A DNA stretch of 64,000 nt from a virus: positions 17,327 through 81,326 of the IMG/VR virus record IMGVR_UViG_3300037346_000419; one strand, 5' to 3'. The position numbers and the translations under genes are program-made. The notes under the pieces are model-generated. The model had not been told where the DNA came from and ran no database searches. It saw nothing but the letters and a program-made list of their open reading frames with translations. Shown here one piece after another: positions 60,914-64,000 of the stretch. The stretch's first letter is position 1. Each line of letters starts with the position of its first letter.

Positions 60914-63900
60914 ATGCCTGAAAATAGAAATAAAAGAGAAAACATAAAGTACTTTATCACAGATGAAGAACAACGTGCAAATTTAAATAAATATAATTCT
61001 TATAGTAATGAAGAATTAAAAAAACTTTTTGAAGAAGACCGTAAACAAGAAGAAGCTATTGAAAAATATGCAAAAGCTATGGCCAAACAAAAAGTTATGA
61101 GTGATAATCTAACTGAGTTTGACCAAAAAGCAGTAAGTGGTTTTTTAGAAAGTAAAAATAAAAACTTAATGACTCTTGATGGTGAAGATGAAATCAAAGT
61201 AGATGACTTTACAAAAAGAGCTAAAAGAATTAAAGAGATAGAAGACAGAGATGTACATGTTAAAGAAGCAAGAAAAGCTGAAAAAAAATGGCAAGAATCT
61301 GAAGGATTTTCCATGATAGGTGCTGGCTTTGATAACTTATTACAAGGATTTCAAGCTAGAATTCATCCTGTAGGAGAAAATAGAAAAGAAGATGAAGAGT
61401 ACAAAAGACTAACTAGAGAACAATTAAAATTTAAAGCTCCTATATTAAATAAACTTAAAAGTGAATATGATGAAAAAAATAACAATATATCTAAATTACA
61501 AGAACCTTGGAGAAATTTAGATATTGAAGTTAAAAAAAGTATAGGAAGAGTAGAAGAAGCTACTGACCAACATATGTTATCTCAAGCTAGAAAAATATAT
61601 GAAAATAAAAGTAAAGCTATTGATAATGCAGTAAATTCTAATTCTAATTTTGTTCCAGATTTTTTTAAAGGCTTAGGTGAAGTAACTTATAATCCTACAA
61701 CTGATGTAGAGATGAATATGACAGCTTTAAAAGTTAAGAAAAAATTAGATGATGGAAAACCTTTAACACAAGCTGAAGATGTTTTTTATAAAGCTTATTC
61801 AGATGGTTTAAATTTTGATAAAAATGTTGCTGAAGATTTAACTAAAGGTAGATATGGCGCAAAAATAGGAATAGGTGTTGGAGAGTCTGCAAGTTTTATG
61901 GGAGAAATGATGATTACTTCTCCTATAGGTGCAGCTGCACAAAAAGTAGCTAGACCTTTATTTTCTGCTATAACAAGAAGTCTTGTTAAAAATTCTTATA
62001 GAATTGCCAATAATCCTATTGCAAAAAAAGCAATAGGAATACTTGCTAGAACTCCAGGTTATATTATTGATAAAGGTAGTTATTTAACAGCTAGTACTGC
62101 TGTTATGCCTTCAACATCAAGTAAGTCTATGGAGAAATTAGTTGGAGACATATCTTATATTGAAACTCCTGATAAAGGAACTAAATACATGTTTGATGAA
62201 TCAAGTAAAAATGCTTGGTTAAAAGAAGGTGCAGCTCAGATAGCTATTGATGAAGCTGTTATAGATAAATTAGAAAATAAAGAAAACAGAACTGAAGCTG
62301 AGGAATTAAAATTATCTCAACTTCAACAAAGTGTAGAAACTATACATAAATCTTTTGATAACATTTATGAAACTGTTGAAGATAAAGATGGTAATCTAGT
62401 TAGACAAGTCCCTGAAGATTGGGGAACATTAGAGTCTATTTGGTATGGTTTTTCTGAAAACTTAAAAGAAAATGCTTCAGAACTTTTAGTTGGTGGAGCT
62501 GCTGATAAAGTTTTTGGGTTTTTAGGTTCTAAAATAGGAAAAGGATTAAATAAACTTCCTGGTAAAAAATATATTGCTCCTATTGGAAATAAAGCACAAA
62601 AAGTTTGGGATGCTGCAAAAGGAGTAATACCAAACAATAAAGTAGGTCAAATGGCTTTTGGTAAATTAAGTACCAATGCTATGTTTCACACAGGAGTTGG
62701 TAAAATATTTAACGGATTACCTTCTGAGATTGTAGAAGAAATTGCAGTTCAACTTACTCCAACATATAAAGAAGATTATGAAAAACAATTAGAAGAATTA
62801 AAAAATCCTCAATTTTATTTAGATGTAGCTTTACAAACATTAATAATGGGTGCTGGTTTTGCTTCTTTAAATAAATCTCAACAAGCAGGACTTTATATAT
62901 CTTCTAAAGAACATAGAGATAATATAAAAAATAGAAAAGCACATGCTGCAAAAGTTAGAGAGTTATATAATAATATTGATAATAGTGTTAATGACGATGA
63001 ATTAGCAAATCATATATTAATGAACACTCAAGGTACTTTATATGAAAATGTAGATTATGCTAAAAAAATAGCTGAATTAAAAAAAGAAGGTAAAAAAGAA
63101 GAAGCTGCAAAACTTGAAAGTAAATCTTTTACAAATGTGATTGCTAATGCTTTTGCTACAAATACTTTAGAAGATTTAGAAAAAAGTTTAATATCAGCTT
63201 CAACAAAAACTGATATAGCTCCTGAGACTAAAGTTAATATTATTAAAGCTATTGAAGAAGTAAATTCTTTTAAGAAAATAAAAAATCAACATAAAGATAA
63301 AATCAATAGTGCTGATTTATTTAACTTAAAAATAAATAGAATATTTAATTCAAAAAGTCAAATAGAAATAGATGAACAAGTAAAAAAGATTGAAGAAGAT
63401 TTAAAAGAAGTTGAAAATGCTCATAAATTATCTTATCCACAACATGAAGAGTTCTCGTTAGCTGATTTAAATACTATGTATGATAATGGTAATGTTGAGT
63501 ATGACAATTTTGTTAATACTATAGCTATTGTTGATAGAGAAAGTGTTCAGAAATTAGCAAATTTACATGGTTTAAAAGAAGCTTATAAAGTGACTGATAA
63601 AAACATGTTAGAAGATATAAGAGAACAAGCTTCTACAAAATATCAAGAAAAACTAGCTGATGAAAGAAGTAAGAAAACTATTTATGAAATAAAAAATGCT
63701 TCTAATACAGAAGTGTTAGATACAATTGAATCTAATAATGAAGATGAATATTTACAAACTTTAATAAATAAAAAACGAGGAGATTTAGAATTAAAAAAAA
63801 CACTTGCTCCTAAAGAAAAAACTACTACAGATAGTGTACCTACTCCTCCTGTTGCAGCTCAAGAAGAGTTTTCTCAACCTATGAGTGAAGCTACTCAGAG

Positions 63901-64000
63901 TTTTATGTTTGATGAAGAAGAAGTTCCTCAAGATGTTATGGACTCTGTAACAAGAGAATCTATCAAATTAAATGAGCAAGAGAATGCTTCTAACTCTGTA
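60914..64000 (+). CDS. Large internal virion protein, partial (runs off the window)
   Basis: Reads MPENRNKRENIKYFITDEEQR... and appears open to the window end; missing from the track for lack of a stop. Contains hydrophobic Gly/Ala-rich segments. Confidence 0.75.
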   Translation, partial: MPENRNKRENIKYFITDEEQRANLNKYNSYSNEELKKLFEEDRKQEEAIEKYAKAMAKQKVMSDNLTEFDQKAVSGFLESKNKNLMTLDGEDEIKVDDFTKRAKRIKEIEDRDVHVKEARKAEKKWQESEGFSMIGAGFDNLLQGFQARIHPVGENRKEDEEYKRLTREQLKFKAPILNKLKSEYDEKNNNISKLQEPWRNLDIEVKKSIGRVEEATDQHMLSQARKIYENKSKAIDNAVNSNSNFVPDFFKGLGEVTYNPTTDVEMNMTALKVKKKLDDGKPLTQAEDVFYKAYSDGLNFDKNVAEDLTKGRYGAKIGIGVGESASFMGEMMITSPIGAAAQKVARPLFSAITRSLVKNSYRIANNPIAKKAIGILARTPGYIIDKGSYLTASTAVMPSTSSKSMEKLVGDISYIETPDKGTKYMFDESSKNAWLKEGAAQIAIDEAVIDKLENKENRTEAEELKLSQLQQSVETIHKSFDNIYETVEDKDGNLVRQVPEDWGTLESIWYGFSENLKENASELLVGGAADKVFGFLGSKIGKGLNKLPGKKYIAPIGNKAQKVWDAAKGVIPNNKVGQMAFGKLSTNAMFHTGVGKIFNGLPSEIVEEIAVQLTPTYKEDYEKQLEELKNPQFYLDVALQTLIMGAGFASLNKSQQAGLYISSKEHRDNIKNRKAHAAKVRELYNNIDNSVNDDELANHILMNTQGTLYENVDYAKKIAELKKEGKKEEAAKLESKSFTNVIANAFATNTLEDLEKSLISASTKTDIAPETKVNIIKAIEEVNSFKKIKNQHKDKINSADLFNLKINRIFNSKSQIEIDEQVKKIEEDLKEVENAHKLSYPQHEEFSLADLNTMYDNGNVEYDNFVNTIAIVDRESVQKLANLHGLKEAYKVTDKNMLEDIREQASTKYQEKLADERSKKTIYEIKNASNTEVLDTIESNNEDEYLQTLINKKRGDLELKKTLAPKEKTTTDSVPTPPVAAQEEFSQPMSEATQSFMFDEEEVPQDVMDSVTRESIKLNEQENASNSV

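Overview
This window is a 64 kb, very AT-rich piece of a crAss-like (Crassvirales-type) phage genome. A Bacteroidota host is inferred from repeated TAnnTTTG -7 promoter boxes. Genetic code appears standard. The left arm (1 to ~29.1 kb, minus strand) carries replication and nucleotide genes: class II ribonucleotide reductase, GroES, UvrD-like helicase, dNMP kinase, nucleases, primase, SSB, AAA ATPase, DnaB, SF2 helicase and PolA. It also holds small early genes, a tmRNA, tRNA-Leu and a tRNA-like RNA. The right arm (~29.4 kb to the end, plus strand) carries terminase, portal, scaffold, major capsid, tail/ring proteins, a lysis-like cluster and large cargo proteins. The main finding is an apparently complete phage-encoded ubiquitin-like conjugation operon (Ubl fusion, E2-like, JAB protease, E1/ThiF, unknown gene) at 9055-13652. 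Other notable items: two related group I introns splitting ATPase Walker motifs, a Gln-starting class 3 intein in the terminase, an AAA_24-like ATPase with apparently rearranged Walker B/A order, a tmRNA with a 33-aa tag, a 130-nt aberrant tRNA-like RNA, and an Acb2/Tad1-like anti-defence candidate. All calls come from motif recognition by eye; no database searches were run.
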